Source: Gloeobacterales cyanobacterium
GTDB lineage: Bacteria; Cyanobacteriota; Cyanobacteriia; Gloeobacterales; PMM-0068
NCBI GenBank assembly: GCA_038245785.1
Contig: JBBRSB010000003.1
Coordinates: 96,001-160,000 of the forward strand
Reading direction: 5' to 3'
DNA: 64,000 nt
The notes beneath the pieces are model-generated. The model had not been told where the DNA came from and did no database searches. It saw only the letters and a program-made list of their open reading frames with translations. Shown piece after piece: positions 40,108 to 50,053 of the stretch. Each line of letters starts with the position of its first letter. Positions within the stretch are counted from its first letter, which is position 1. The translations under genes were made by a program, and so were the position numbers.

Positions 40108-41326
40108 CCGTAATCCGTTTCATCGCCTCATTCACATTTTCCCGACTATTAAAGGCAGAAATGCGGAAATACCCTTCGCCTGCAGCACCAAAACCAGAAC
40201 CGGGTGTACCGACAACATTGCAGGTGTGCAGCAACTTGTCGAAGAAATCCCAACTGGAAAGACCATTGGGGGTCTTCACCCAAACGTAGGGTGCATTGGT
40301 CCCACCATAGACCTGTAAGCCAGCAGCAGTTAATTGTTCACGGATGATTTTGGCATTGTCCATGTAGAAACTGACTAACTCCTTGATTTGGGTCTGTCCT
40401 TCTGGGGAATAAACCGCTTCGGCTCCGCGTTGGACGATGTAGGATACGCCATTGAATTTGGTGGATTGGCGGCGATTCCATAGCTTCCACAGTTCTACAT
40501 CGGAACCATCCGCAGCTTTGGCCGTGAGGCTTTTCGGCACCACGGTCAGTGCACAGCGTGTTCCGGTAAAGCCTGCATTTTTGGAGAACGAGCGAAATTC
40601 AATTGCACACTCCCGTGCTCCTTCAATCTCATAGATGGAATGAGGCAGGTTTGGATCGGTGATAAACGCTTCATAGGCGGCATCAAAGAAAATGATCGAA
40701 CCATGGGCTCTGGCATAGTCTACCCAAGCCTTTAGGTGTTCCTTGGTGGCGGTAGCGCCCGTAGGGTTATTTGGGAAGCAGAGATAAATTAAATCGACTT
40801 TCTGGGAAGGAATCTGAGCCGTAAAATTATTCTCAGCGGTAATTGGCAGGTAGACGAAACCCTCATATTCTCCTTTCTCATTGGCCGCTCCTGTATGCCC
40901 TGCCATCACATTGGTGTCTACATAGACAGGATAAACGGGGTCGGTGACGGCGATGGTGTTATCGTTCCCAAAGATATCTAAGATATTCCCAGAATCGCAC
41001 TTCGAGCCATCGGAGACAAAGATTTCAGAAGCGTCAATCTGACAACCACGTGCTTGGAAGTCATAGGCCGCAATTTTTTCCCGTAACCAAGCGTAGCCCT
41101 GCTCTGGACCATACCCTTTAAAGGAACTACGGTCTCCCATATCTTCCACTGCTTGGATCATCGCATCGCGGCAGGCTTGGGGCAGCGGTTCGGTCACATC
41201 CCCAATGCCCAGCCGAATAATTTTTGCATCAGGATGAGCCTCTGCAAAGGCCGTGACCCTGCGGGCAATTTCAGGAAATAGGTAGCCTGCTTTGAGCTTG
41301 AGGTAATTGTCGTTAATGGTTGCCAT
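40085..41326 (-). CDS. dapL: LL-diaminopimelate aminotransferase
   Basis: [35 protein letters not shown] and [10 protein letters not shown] motifs. Confidence 0.96.
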   Translation of the reverse strand: MATINDNYLKLKAGYLFPEIARRVTAFAEAHPDAKIIRLGIGDVTEPLPQACRDAMIQAVEDMGDRSSFKGYGPEQGYAWLREKIAAYDFQARGCQIDASEIFVSDGSKCDSGNILDIFGNDNTIAVTDPVYPVYVDTNVMAGHTGAANEKGEYEGFVYLPITAENNFTAQIPSQKVDLIYLCFPNNPTGATATKEHLKAWVDYARAHGSIIFFDAAYEAFITDPNLPHSIYEIEGARECAIEFRSFSKNAGFTGTRCALTVVPKSLTAKAADGSDVELWKLWNRRQSTKFNGVSYIVQRGAEAVYSPEGQTQIKELVSFYMDNAKIIREQLTAAGLQVYGGTNAPYVWVKTPNGLSSWDFFDKLLHTCNVVGTPGSGFGAAGEGYFRISAFNSRENVNEAMKRITDRMIHSS

Positions 41327-41388
41327 AATCAATCGCTACGAAACAAACGCCGTACGCCAGTTTACTGCTTAGCATTGCCCTATGACAC

Positions 41389-42384
41389 CTATACCAATGC
41401 CGGTCCCGCAATGTATTGCTCCGCCAAGGCTACTTCGTGGGGGCTACCCATAATCACAGGTACCCTTTGGTGCAGCTGGGTTGGGACGATATCTAGAATG
41501 CGCTCTGTGCCTGTAGTTGCTTTCCCGCCCGCCTTCTCAAGGATAAAAGCCAGAGGATTGGCTTCGTAGAGGAGACGGAGCTTACCTTCCGGATTTTTTT
41601 CCGTTCCTGGATAGAGGAACACGCCGCCATGAAGGAGCGTACGGTGGATATCTGCCACGAGGGAGCCGACATAGCGGCCACTGTAGCCCTTGGTGTTTTT
41701 AATTTGGTCTACGTAGGCTTGAATTTGGGGAGACCAGCTCTGGTAGTTGGCCTCATTTACGCTGTAATACTTGCCCTTTTCTGGGATGCGCATATGAGGA
41801 TGAGAAAGCAAAAATTCGCCAATCCCCGCATCCAGAGTGAAGCCATTCACTTCCTCTCCGGTGCTATAGACCATCATTGTGCTCGGTCCATAGAGGATAT
41901 AGCCCGCCGCCACTTGCTGGACTCCTGGCTGCAGTAAACTTTCTTCTGGTGAATTGGCACTGCGTTGCCGAAGCACCGCAAAACTAGAGCCTACGGTAAC
42001 GTCGCAGTCCAGATTGGAAGATCCATCTAAGGGGTCAATTAAAAGCGAATAGCCGCCGATGGGACAGGTTTGGATCAGATGTTCTGGACCTTCTAGCTCT
42101 TCAGAAACCAAGACGCAGACTAAACCGGTGTCTCGGAAAGCCCGAATAAACGTTTCGTTGGCATACTCATCCAACTTGCGCACTTCTTCGCCCTGGACAT
42201 TAATCTCACCCGTAAAGCCAAGGGCTTCTTCAATCAATCCTGCCCGGCTCAGTTCACGACTGATCACCCGTGCGGCCAGACTAATTTGAATCAGCAAGGC
42301 ACTAAACTCTCCGGTTGCCCCTTTTTGTTTGCGTTGGTTTTGGAGAATGAAATTGTGTAGGGTAATTCCTCGGGTGGGCTCCAT
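41389..42384 (-). CDS. fbp: Class 1 fructose-1,6-bisphosphatase
   Basis: [22 protein letters not shown] and [11 protein letters not shown] motifs. Confidence 0.95.
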   Translation of the reverse strand: MEPTRGITLHNFILQNQRKQKGATGEFSALLIQISLAARVISRELSRAGLIEEALGFTGEINVQGEEVRKLDEYANETFIRAFRDTGLVCVLVSEELEGPEHLIQTCPIGGYSLLIDPLDGSSNLDCDVTVGSSFAVLRQRSANSPEESLLQPGVQQVAAGYILYGPSTMMVYSTGEEVNGFTLDAGIGEFLLSHPHMRIPEKGKYYSVNEANYQSWSPQIQAYVDQIKNTKGYSGRYVGSLVADIHRTLLHGGVFLYPGTEKNPEGKLRLLYEANPLAFILEKAGGKATTGTERILDIVPTQLHQRVPVIMGSPHEVALAEQYIAGPALV

Positions 42385-42413
42385 GACGTTCTCCTCACTA
42401 GTTTTCTAGTGAA

Positions 42414-44396
42414 TTACATAACCTCTGCAGGAACGGCCTGAACATCTAGGCTCGTGCCTCGGAGACACGCCCCTTCCAGGTCTGTGCCCGTCAACATCGT
42501 TGATTCCAGATTGGCACAGAGTAAATTGCTATTGCGCAGACTGGCACCCACCAAACAGGCTCCAGTCAGATTGGCTCCTTCCAAATTGGCTCCTTCCAGA
42601 TTGGCCCCTGTTAAATTAGCCCCGCTGAGGTCGGCCCCTTCCAAATTACTCCCAGATAGGTCACTGCCTCTGAGGTCACTGCCGCGCAGGTCCGTCTCCA
42701 GCATAGACATGCCGCTGAGATTGGCTCCTCCAAGGAACGACCCTGCCAGTGAAGCCTGGTCTAGCTGAGCGCCTACTAAAACAGCGCCCCGCAAATCGGC
42801 ATTGCGTAGGTCGGCCTTATTCATGTGTGCGCCCGTGAGGTCTGCCCCGCGTAGCGAAGCCCGCAAATTAGCTTGGAAGGCACGAATACCTGTTAAATCG
42901 GCTCCTGCCAGCTGTGCCTGTTCTAAATTGGCTCCCGTAAAGTCGGCCCCGCTCAGATCTTTGCCTTCCAGACGACTTTCGCGCAAATCGGCACCCTGAA
43001 ATTGCTTGGTGCTTGCTGTTTCTGTATATCCAGACAGCCAGCTAGAAGGGATGGCTTGCGGACGGGTGGGCATATTCAAAAATCCCATTTCCGCCAGACG
43101 AACTACATGGCCCAGGGTCTCTACTAATTTGGGGTCCCAAAGACGGCCTGCGTCTTCTTGACAACGGGCAAAAGCCTCTCCCAGAGAAAGAGCCGGACGT
43201 GTGCCCCGAGGGTGTGTCATCTTTTGGAAGCGAATCACAAGGCGCAGAATTCTAGACCCCAGAGGAATTTCCTCCCCCTTCAGTCCGTCCGGCTTGCCAG
43301 AGCCATCCCAAGCTTCTTTTTCACGGGCAATAATCTGCGTGACTGCATTTAGCTCCGGCATAGCGCCCAGGAGTTTCACGCCGTGCATCGGATGATTATC
43401 TAGGATCTCTTGTTCCTGTTCCGTGCGGTCTTCCTCTGCTTTGAGGAATATAGTCTGAGAAGCCTGGGCTAGTCCTACGCGATGGAGGAGCGCTGCTAAG
43501 CGCAAGCGACGGATAGCTAGGGGAGGCAGTTGGAGCATTTGTCCTAAGGTTTCCGCCAAAGCTGCCACCTGCAAGGAAGCCATTGGGTTATAGGGGTCTT
43601 TCGCATCTACCTGCTGGGCAATACGCAAGAACGCCTGCAGCTTATTGGCTGTCAGGTTGCGTCCTGCAGGCGTCGGCTGCAGTAAACGCTCGGTCTCTGC
43701 ACTGTAGGCAAATAATTTGTCTTCAGTCTCTTGGAGATTGGCGACTATTTGGGCAATGACGCTGCTTAAGTCTTCTTGCTTTGTGGTATCTATCTTGTGG
43801 ATCGCTTCGATCCTCTCCCGCATAGATTTTTCGAGCTGTGGATCATAAACGCCAATCCGGTCCAAAGCGATATGCGCCGATTGATAGACCAAGGCTTCAT
43901 CAAAGGTCCAAAGACCATAGAATTTGCGTTCTAAGTCTTCCTCTGGACGTCCTTCTGGGCCATAGTCTTCATCGGTTAATTCTTGACAGAGGCAAGCGGC
44001 AGCATAGTCTGGAGCCAGAATGATCAAATTCCATTCTTCAGCTACTGGGTCATCGGTAGCGAGGCGGAGCAGGTGAACGTTTTCGAGACTGCCTGTGGGA
44101 TGCTGGGCAAAACCACTGTCTTCCACCGCCATAATCACGATATCTTGAGCGTGCTGAGCCAGTTCTTGATAGCGCTCAGCCTCTTCGAGATACCACTTAC
44201 CCTTTTGGAAGGTCGTAATCAGCAAGGGCAGGTCTTTTGCTTTGGCCCCCGTACGCAGTATGTGGTCTTCCATCGCATGGCAGATAGCTACCAGCGTGTT
44301 TTTGAAATATACGCGGAAGGTCTCGGGCAGGTTGCCGCCGACAGAATCCTGCTCAAGCTTTTCTCTCAAATTATAAAGAATCGAGTTTTTACGCAC
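42414..44396 (-). CDS. DICT sensory domain + degenerate HD-GYP-like domain + C-terminal pentapeptide repeats
   Basis: YFKNTLVAICHAMED..FQKGKWY (DICT); LLHRVG and WDGSGKPDGLKGEEIP; long A(D/N)Lxx array. Confidence 0.85.
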   Translation of the reverse strand: MRKNSILYNLREKLEQDSVGGNLPETFRVYFKNTLVAICHAMEDHILRTGAKAKDLPLLITTFQKGKWYLEEAERYQELAQHAQDIVIMAVEDSGFAQHPTGSLENVHLLRLATDDPVAEEWNLIILAPDYAAACLCQELTDEDYGPEGRPEEDLERKFYGLWTFDEALVYQSAHIALDRIGVYDPQLEKSMRERIEAIHKIDTTKQEDLSSVIAQIVANLQETEDKLFAYSAETERLLQPTPAGRNLTANKLQAFLRIAQQVDAKDPYNPMASLQVAALAETLGQMLQLPPLAIRRLRLAALLHRVGLAQASQTIFLKAEEDRTEQEQEILDNHPMHGVKLLGAMPELNAVTQIIAREKEAWDGSGKPDGLKGEEIPLGSRILRLVIRFQKMTHPRGTRPALSLGEAFARCQEDAGRLWDPKLVETLGHVVRLAEMGFLNMPTRPQAIPSSWLSGYTETASTKQFQGADLRESRLEGKDLSGADFTGANLEQAQLAGADLTGIRAFQANLRASLRGADLTGAHMNKADLRNADLRGAVLVGAQLDQASLAGSFLGGANLSGMSMLETDLRGSDLRGSDLSGSNLEGADLSGANLTGANLEGANLEGANLTGACLVGASLRNSNLLCANLESTMLTGTDLEGACLRGTSLDVQAVPAEVM

Positions 44397-45155
44397 CTAC
44401 GCCCCCATTCCCGGAAAATGACGAATCTTGGCAGAACCATCCATTGTGAGTTGTCCTCGACGGATATCACAGCGATGCATTCGCAATGCAACCCCGTCTA
44501 ACTTGAATTTATCGAGGTCCATCAGGCTATTGATGTGATCCAAGATAGCTCTTGCTACTGCCTGGGATCGCTCACTGCCTTCTATTATGGGGTCGCTGAA
44601 CAAAATGCGACGGTCTTCTTCCAAAGTAATCTTGGTACACAGGCGAACATCCAGCGGTTCAGTCTCTTTTCCGACGGAAATTTGGCTATAGAGCAGCAAA
44701 ATTCCTCCATCCTGGAGTTCTACGCCCGTATTGGAAAAATTCAAGGATTGTCCTTCAAAAGTCAGCAGCTGGAGTTTCTCGACAATGAAGGGTGTGTTGA
44801 AAGAACGGCTGAGGTCTTTTTCACTGAGCACCACACTCAAGGTGCCACTGGTTGACTGACGGAGCTTGATTTTTCCGCCCATCAGACTACTCAAATCGAT
44901 GGCCACCGCCTGCACCCGGAGGTCCATGCGGGCCACCCGCAATCCATTGCGCATTTCCAAGCCGCGACCAACCAAATCAAAACCATCCAGACTCCCCTGG
45001 AGGATCTTGCTGACAGGATTGGCCCGGACTTTAGCATTCAGGCTGTCGGTGGTTTTGAATAGAGCGGCAATAGCTGCAGTAGCTACCGACCCGACCCATT
45101 CATCCCCCCCTTTATTCTGGAATGGAGAGAATATTGAACTGAGCATGTACAGCAT
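44397..45155 (-). CDS. DUF2993 / LmeA-like protein
   Basis: Cyanobacterial-type sequence with KILQGSLDGF..GRGL.M.NGLRV and SFNTPF; exact start uncertain. Confidence 0.7.
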   Translation of the reverse strand: MLYMLSSIFSPFQNKGGDEWVGSVATAAIAALFKTTDSLNAKVRANPVSKILQGSLDGFDLVGRGLEMRNGLRVARMDLRVQAVAIDLSSLMGGKIKLRQSTSGTLSVVLSEKDLSRSFNTPFIVEKLQLLTFEGQSLNFSNTGVELQDGGILLLYSQISVGKETEPLDVRLCTKITLEEDRRILFSDPIIEGSERSQAVARAILDHINSLMDLDKFKLDGVALRMHRCDIRRGQLTMDGSAKIRHFPGMGA

Positions 45156-45259
45156 CCCAAACGCAGCAGTAGTAAAGAGCCGCAGAAGGACCCGGCGCTT
45201 TCTTCATCCTATAGGAGGTTTCCGAATTTTAGAGAGCAAAGTGTAGGCTGCTGAAAGAT

Positions 45260-45490
45260 TTAAGCTTGCTTGTCGGCTATAGAAGAATCCTTAGACTCCA
45301 GAGGTTTAGCCTCTTGATTTTTTTCATCCCCGCCTCTTTTCAATTCTTCTTCAAACTCGGTAGTAGCTTTTCTAAAACTCTTCGTTGCTTGCCCTAAGGT
45401 TTTTCCCAGCTCTGGAATTTTCTTAGGGCCAAAAACCAGTAGAGCGACTACTGCAATTGCGCCTAATTCTAAAGGACCCAAGCCAAACAT
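45260..45490 (-). CDS. tatA: Twin-arginine translocase subunit TatA
   Basis: MFGLG..EL...VALLVFGPKKIPELGKTLG. Confidence 0.93.
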   Translation of the reverse strand: MFGLGPLELGAIAVVALLVFGPKKIPELGKTLGQATKSFRKATTEFEEELKRGGDEKNQEAKPLESKDSSIADKQA

Positions 45491-45567
45491 ATGGATACCA
45501 AGACTTCAGTAGCCTCAGTATAGCGAAAGGCTGTGTAGAGCCAATGCAATCACCACTATTCTGCGCT

Positions 45568-45894
45568 TTAAGATACGGGGAACAAGAGACGATAGAAGCA
45601 GAGGCCATTGAGGGCAAGCAAGGTCAAGCTGGCAGAGTGGATTTGCCAGCTCAGGGGAGAGGGAGCTACTTTTTCACTCACCATCGCCAGAAGTGCGGCA
45701 TTGATCGAATAGGCCAGGGCAAGCGTCTGGAATGCCCACCAGTCATAGCCAAAACCGATAGCCCCGCAGCAAAAAGCCAGTCCGAATATCACGAGGGCTA
45801 TGGCCCGAGGCGGATCTACTTCGGTCCAGTGGCGTATCCTCTCGATACGGCAGATCCAGGCAGAACGAAGATTTTGCGGAAAAAACGCGCGCAT
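45568..45894 (-). CDS. Small hypothetical membrane protein
   Basis: Three hydrophobic segments; co-oriented between the GT4 gene and tatA; ATG 45894 avoids overlap. Confidence 0.55.
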   Translation of the reverse strand: MRAFFPQNLRSAWICRIERIRHWTEVDPPRAIALVIFGLAFCCGAIGFGYDWWAFQTLALAYSINAALLAMVSEKVAPSPLSWQIHSASLTLLALNGLCFYRLLFPVS

Positions 45895-45923
45895 AACCAA
45901 GATATGGATATTGTTCCGAAAGA

Positions 45924-47105
45924 TTAGCAAACTCTTGCCTGTTGTTGCCACCATTGCACCGTCTGTTCGGTGATGATCTCCCAGGCAAACCTCTGCTGGA
46001 CAGCTTGTTGGGCATTGTTGGCCAGTTTTTGGGCTAGGTCCTGATGAGTCAAAAGACGCAGAATCGCCCAGGCCAGATGGGCGCCACTCTTGGCCGGGAC
46101 TTTCAGCCCACTGTATTCGTCGGCAACAATTTCAGCCAGCCCGCCCACATCCGACACAACCACAGGCACGCCAGACGCCATCGCTTCTAAGGCGACAATG
46201 CCGAACGGCTCGTAGAGACTGGGAAAGGCACCTATATCTGCAACTCGAATCAGGTCCTGAAGTTCTTCCTCGGGAAGATAGCCTGTAAAGTGCACGTGCT
46301 GATCTACTCTTAATTTCTGGCTACGACGCTGGACCTCTTCTAGATAAGGGCCACGACCGACGAGTACGGCCTTGGCATTGGGCATATTGCCCAGTAGATG
46401 GGGCATGGCCTCTACTAGGTAGCGCGCCCCTTTTTCATGGACCATCCGCCCGACAAAAAGGATCAGTTTCTGGTCTTCGGTGACATAGCGCTTGCGCACT
46501 TGGGCTCTTTCTTCTGGGCTCAAGGGAGGACGGGTATCTGGCTGGATACCATTTGGGAAAATGCCGATTTTGGAGTCAGGAACTTGAAATAGCGTCTGGA
46601 GTTCTGCTTTCATCGCTTTCGAACAAACGATAACGTTATCGGCTTTATGGACCAACCATTCTTCCATCTTGTGAATATGACGTTGGAGAGCATGGTGTAT
46701 CCCATCCATCCGGCCAGATTCTGTGGCATGCAGGGTAGCGCTCAGAGGAATCTTCCACTTTTCCTGGAGGGCAATGCCTGCTTCTGCCGTAAGCCAATCG
46801 TGACAGTGGATCAGGTCAAAGGGTTGTTCTTGATGGAAGACCGGCGCTATTTCCCGCAGCTGCTGGTTAAATCTACGGACCCATCCCAGGAAATCTTCCG
46901 TAGGGACGGGTGGGTGCAAAACATAATCGACTTGGACGCCCTTTAGGATTTGGGTCTTGCCTTTGCTTTCTTCCTCAGGCGCAACGGTCAGGACATGGAC
47001 TTGATGACCTTGCGCGACGAAGGATTCACAGAGTCCTTCGCAGTGTCGTGCCAACCCACCCACAATCCGTGGAGGATATTCCCAAGTAAGTTCAAGAATC
47101 CGCAT
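45924..47105 (-). CDS. GT4 glycosyltransferase (glycogen/alpha-glucan-related)
   Basis: WEYPPRIVGGL, HCHDWL and PSLYEPFGIVALEAM motifs. Confidence 0.9.
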   Translation of the reverse strand: MRILELTWEYPPRIVGGLARHCEGLCESFVAQGHQVHVLTVAPEEESKGKTQILKGVQVDYVLHPPVPTEDFLGWVRRFNQQLREIAPVFHQEQPFDLIHCHDWLTAEAGIALQEKWKIPLSATLHATESGRMDGIHHALQRHIHKMEEWLVHKADNVIVCSKAMKAELQTLFQVPDSKIGIFPNGIQPDTRPPLSPEERAQVRKRYVTEDQKLILFVGRMVHEKGARYLVEAMPHLLGNMPNAKAVLVGRGPYLEEVQRRSQKLRVDQHVHFTGYLPEEELQDLIRVADIGAFPSLYEPFGIVALEAMASGVPVVVSDVGGLAEIVADEYSGLKVPAKSGAHLAWAILRLLTHQDLAQKLANNAQQAVQQRFAWEIITEQTVQWWQQQARVC

Positions 47106-47407
47106 ATCCCAGGCGCAAAAAGTATCTTATTGTGCCATGAGCGTTGTGTTAAAAAATGTATCGTCATGCTTTTGGGACCCATCGGTTCGGATCTAGTTCT
47201 GGCAGGCCCGAGCAGCAAGAACTCAAAATTTATCCAAGTTGACCGCAAAATTAGTGCTTGAAAATCATAATCGTACTGAGTATGCTTTAGGCACGGATTT
47301 GTAATGGCTTCTGAGAATTCTTTGGTTTATATCCGTTAGTAGGTGGTGGAGAGAAGTGAAGTTAGTGGACACCTAGGAACTCAAAATTATTGGAGGAAAT
47401 GCACATC

Positions 47408-47598
47408 ATGACTGACGAGAAAATATTGACCACGGCCGATGATTGCCCGTGAACAAGCCCCGTTGGCCGGTAATGAACTATCAGCGCGATAGTTCAATGT
47501 CGTTTGGGCAAGGGGATGATATGCCTAACTATGAGCCGAATAGCTACGATACAGCTCCCAAAGAAGCTCCGGAATATGCTGAGCCCCCGTTCGGCTGA
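47408..47598 (+). pseudogene. Internally deleted monofunctional heme catalase remnant
   Basis: GGAGG RBS and MTDEKILTTAD, joined out of frame to LPVNKPRWPVMNYQRDSSM...PNYEPNSY..PKE.PEYAEPP. Confidence 0.75.
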
Positions 47599-47750
47599 CG
47601 CTCAGGGAAGCCAAAATTCCCCAATTCTGGGGAATTTTGGGCTAGAACCGCGCTTAGCTTGCTTCCCATTGGCGTTCGCGTAGCGTCTCTGCAAGAGACA
47701 GCTTGCCGGAGGCATAGGCACAGGGTGAGTTGGAGGGCAGGGGGGAGGAC
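47590..47750. repeat. Cluster of nested short palindromic repeats at the scy-island edge
   Basis: ttcggctgacgctcaggg; ccaaaattccccaattctggggaattttgg (47611-47640); gcgttcgcgtagcgtctctgcaagagac. Confidence 0.6.
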
Positions 47751-49907
47751 TTAAGGATGCTCTTCTTCTCTGTCTCCCTCACGCTGACGCAAGGCGGCAT
47801 TCTTGACCTTCAGGACTTGAATGCGACTGTTGAAGAAATCGCCGACGTACAGCTTACCTTTGTAGTAGTGAGCACCAGCGGTCCAGTTGAAGAGTCCCGG
47901 TTCAGGCAGAGGTTGTCCTGGTTGGAGAATGTTCTGGGGACCCGCATTGGGGACGGGTTTACCAAAGCTCGTCAGGAATTTTCCCTCCTTATTGAAGACT
48001 TGGATGCGGCTGTTGATCGAGTCTGCTACATAAACATTGTCGAACTCATCCACCTCCACCCCGATCGGCTGATTGAGCTGTCCAGGTCCAACACCCGGCT
48101 CCCCAAACGCAAACAGGGGCTGACCTACAGGACTAAGCACTTGGATGCGGTTGTTTAATTGGTCTCCTACATAAATTTTGCCTGTTGTTGGGGAAACGGA
48201 AATCCCAGAGGGTCCTTGAAACTGTCCAAGTTCTTTACCCGGTGAGCCGATCTTATTGATCAGGTCGCCATTGCGATTAAAGACCTGGATAAAGTCGCTG
48301 CTAAAATCGGTCACGTACAGTTTGCCGCTCTTGTCGAAGGTTAAACCCCCTGGACCAGAGAAAGCCCGCCCTTCAACCGGAGCTCCAAAACTCCCAAAAG
48401 ACTTGATCGGGTTACCCTCACGGTCATAAACATTAATCCGGTTGTTAAAGACATCGCCTACATAGAGGTTGCCTGTTTCGTCGTCGAATTTCAGATCGGC
48501 GGGTTCATTGAGCTGTCCTAGACCCGTTCCACTGCTACCCACCGTTTTGACAAAGTTGCCGCGCTCATCGAAGACTTGCAGTCGGTCCCCTTCACCATCG
48601 CTTACCCAGACCTGTCCGGTGCTGGGCTGCACGGTAATACCCTGAGGAAGGAAAATATTCGCAGGTCCAAAGCCGGGGCTGCTAATCGTCGATTCGTACT
48701 TCAATTTGACCGATTCACTCTTTTTCACCTTGTCAATCTTCACCTGTAGCACCTGTCCAAGACCGGGACTGGCTCCTTTGTTGGTGATGTAGATGGTGTC
48801 ATCGGCCGCAATCGCCAGGGCTGTCGGAGCATCCAGTCCATTGCCACTCAGCAACACCGTTCGCTTACCGTTCGGGGCGATTTTGATCAGCGAACCTTCC
48901 ATCGCTCCTGGCGTCATTTTCCAGGAAGCTTCGTTATAGATCTGAAGCACGTACAGATTGCCCTTGCTGTCGAACTCTAAGTCGCCAAGCTGAGTAAAAC
49001 CGGTTGCAAAGACTTCCGACTTCCCATCTCTGCCAACGCGGAGGATTCTGGCTGCACCTTCGGGATAAGGGAATCCTGTAAATTCGCTGGTGTAAACTGC
49101 GCCATCAGGGCCGACGGCAACCCCCGTGGGTACTGATTGCACTTCCTTGGGACCAGGAGGAGGAGCACCGCCGGGAGGAGCTGGTTGGTTAGGGTCAGGT
49201 GGGGGGAAAACAGGGTTATCAATGAACTGCGTGGGGAGCCCAAATCCTTCTGCCTTACCGTCTGTCAAGCGCACCGAGTAAAGCGAGTTACCCCCTGCAT
49301 CCACAATGTACGCCTCACGGCCCTTGATCGCCACCGCATAGGGATTGGTGATTTTGCAGCCTAGAAAGTCAACTGCAGTGCACTTATCGGGATCATTATC
49401 TAGCTCGTATTGAGCGATGTCCAACAGACTTGTCAACTGGCCTGAACCTAAGTCGAATTTGTAAAACTGTCCAAAGGTCGGTTCTTGAAAAACGGCTTCG
49501 CGGTTTGCTGGGTCTCCTGCAAATCCATAAACTAGGTAGGCATTCCCTTCGGCATCAAACTGTATGTCCTGGGGACCCGCTCCTTCATTACCACTGGGCT
49601 GCAAGGCAAGAGAGGGCAGATTAGAAAAAATCCGCTCTTGCTTACCGTCTTTAATGCGGGTAATCGCCCCTGTATTGCCTACACAGAGAGGCAAACCTTG
49701 GACGCTTGGGGAAGGAATACAAGCGCCGCCGCCGCCAATGCCTGCTTCCGTTACATAGACGCTGCCGTCGGGACCGATGCCCAAGCCACGAGCGTTGTCT
49801 AGCTTGTCAGCAATGACTTTGTAGGTTGCGACTTCCTGCGCCGCGACAGGATAGGTCGTTGCTAAGCCGAGAGCAAGCAGGGCAACGATTGAGTTCTTGA
49901 ATTTCAT
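47751..49907 (-). CDS. Secreted ScyD/ScyE-family beta-propeller fused to a ScyF-like NHL-repeat domain
   Basis: Sec signal; N-half with LDNARGL..GPDGSVYVTEAG, CIPSPS and QSVPTGVAVGPDGA; C-half with SPGFGP...PQGI, NHL repeats and FNWTAG. Confidence 0.85.
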   Translation of the reverse strand: MKFKNSIVALLALGLATTYPVAAQEVATYKVIADKLDNARGLGIGPDGSVYVTEAGIGGGGACIPSPSVQGLPLCVGNTGAITRIKDGKQERIFSNLPSLALQPSGNEGAGPQDIQFDAEGNAYLVYGFAGDPANREAVFQEPTFGQFYKFDLGSGQLTSLLDIAQYELDNDPDKCTAVDFLGCKITNPYAVAIKGREAYIVDAGGNSLYSVRLTDGKAEGFGLPTQFIDNPVFPPPDPNQPAPPGGAPPPGPKEVQSVPTGVAVGPDGAVYTSEFTGFPYPEGAARILRVGRDGKSEVFATGFTQLGDLEFDSKGNLYVLQIYNEASWKMTPGAMEGSLIKIAPNGKRTVLLSGNGLDAPTALAIAADDTIYITNKGASPGLGQVLQVKIDKVKKSESVKLKYESTISSPGFGPANIFLPQGITVQPSTGQVWVSDGEGDRLQVFDERGNFVKTVGSSGTGLGQLNEPADLKFDDETGNLYVGDVFNNRINVYDREGNPIKSFGSFGAPVEGRAFSGPGGLTFDKSGKLYVTDFSSDFIQVFNRNGDLINKIGSPGKELGQFQGPSGISVSPTTGKIYVGDQLNNRIQVLSPVGQPLFAFGEPGVGPGQLNQPIGVEVDEFDNVYVADSINSRIQVFNKEGKFLTSFGKPVPNAGPQNILQPGQPLPEPGLFNWTAGAHYYKGKLYVGDFFNSRIQVLKVKNAALRQREGDREEEHP

Positions 49908-50053
49908 AATTCTCCATAATTGACACTACATGAACGTGTTGGTTGATTGAGGCCATGGGCAATCCAGTACTCCAGCAACACCACGGGAGTACTCGTTGCG
50001 GGAGAGAAGACGATCCCGCCGATCCAAACGGAACGAGCAAACACTGCTGCTCT

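Noticed and set aside
42454..42999. Plus-strand ORFs with RLAPS repeats
   Set aside because: Antisense shadows of the pentapeptide repeats.
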